NCBI GenBank assembly: GCA_021108005.1 | Contig: JAIORS010000076.1 | Location: 8,860-72,859, forward strand | DNA from: Candidatus Aegiribacteria sp. | GTDB taxonomy: Bacteria > Fermentibacterota > Fermentibacteria > Fermentibacterales > JCC-6 | Direction of reading: 5' to 3' | Length of the DNA: 64,000 bases | In this document: one piece after another, positions 63,861 to 64,000 of the stretch | How the letters are laid out: each line of letters opens with the position of its first letter | How positions within the stretch are numbered: position 1 is the stretch's first letter | Made by a program: the position numbers and the translations under genes | The notes under the pieces: generated by a model | The model's database searches: none | What the model saw: only the letters and a program-made list of their open reading frames with translations | Told to the model about the DNA's origin: nothing

Positions 63861-64000
63861 ATGAATATCGGGTTCGATGCCACCAATATTCTTGGACATG
63901 GGGGAATCAAGACCTATACCAGAGAACTTCTGGTTGGACTCGCCGAAGAGTTTCCCGATGACGATTTTGTACTGCTGACAACCTTCAGCGACTCAAAGAA
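63861..64000 (+). CDS. Glycosyltransferase (GT4-like), 3-prime partial
   Basis: The ATG at 63861 opens a frame that runs to the window edge (MNIGFDATNILGHGGIKTYTRELLVGLAEEFPDDDFVLLT..). This N-terminal pattern is typical of GT-B family 4 enzymes. Confidence 0.45.
   Translation, partial: MNIGFDATNILGHGGIKTYTRELLVGLAEEFPDDDFVLLTTFSDSK

Noticed and set aside
1-64000. Search for CRISPR arrays, tandem repeats, rRNA/tRNA genes, transposases, integrases and phage genes
   Set aside because: None was recognised by eye in any intergenic region or ORF translation. The only repeat structures found are terminator hairpins, the 51981-52095 nested inverted repeat and the short coding repeat in the zinc-ribbon tail.

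Overview
This is a gene-dense 64-kb chromosomal window with about 65 protein genes and roughly 50% GC by eye. Most genes are on the + strand and many have 1-20 nt start/stop overlaps. I saw no rRNA, tRNA, CRISPR array, transposase or integrase. The host looks like an uncultivated diderm bacterium: there is a complete Kdo/LPS-export/rpoN supercluster (kdsB-kdsA-kdsC-kdsD-lpxL-lptC-lptA-lptB-rpoN), a cargo protein with a T9SS-type C-terminal sorting domain, a PPi-type phosphofructokinase and an archaeal-type phosphoglycerate mutase. An FCB-group-like candidate lineage is my guess only. Most of the window is housekeeping: folate, pantothenate, NAD and purine synthesis, ArgRS, AlaRS, mannose activation, and pfp-gap-pgk-tpiA glycolysis. 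The regions I would look at again are listed here. (1) A minus-strand operon at 23.9-30.8 kb encodes a lipoprotein plus three very large polytopic membrane proteins. Two have TPR-like tails and one is DUF2723/TMEM260-like. It is a candidate uncharacterised GT-C-type envelope glycosylation module and sits next to a T9SS-sorted HExxH protease. (2) An acyl-AMP ligase carries a chorismate-mutase-like C-terminal extension and is TAATG-coupled to a core-only DAHP synthase. (3) A helical protein is paired with an SPFH protein that ends in four zinc ribbons. (4) An SDR, an SPT-like alpha-oxoamine synthase and a GNAT form a possible lipid locus. (5) A compact 595-aa AlaRS is ATGA-coupled to a secreted protein with a clan-CD-like His/Cys pattern. 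(6) Two secreted proteins share a terminal TWGxIKxxF tail. (7) There are coding anomalies: argS is split by a +1 frameshift, and two genes have conserved N-termini that precede any canonical start codon. (8) A 115-nt nested inverted repeat lies between convergent genes. All functional calls rest on motif recognition by eye from the ORF translations. No database search was run.
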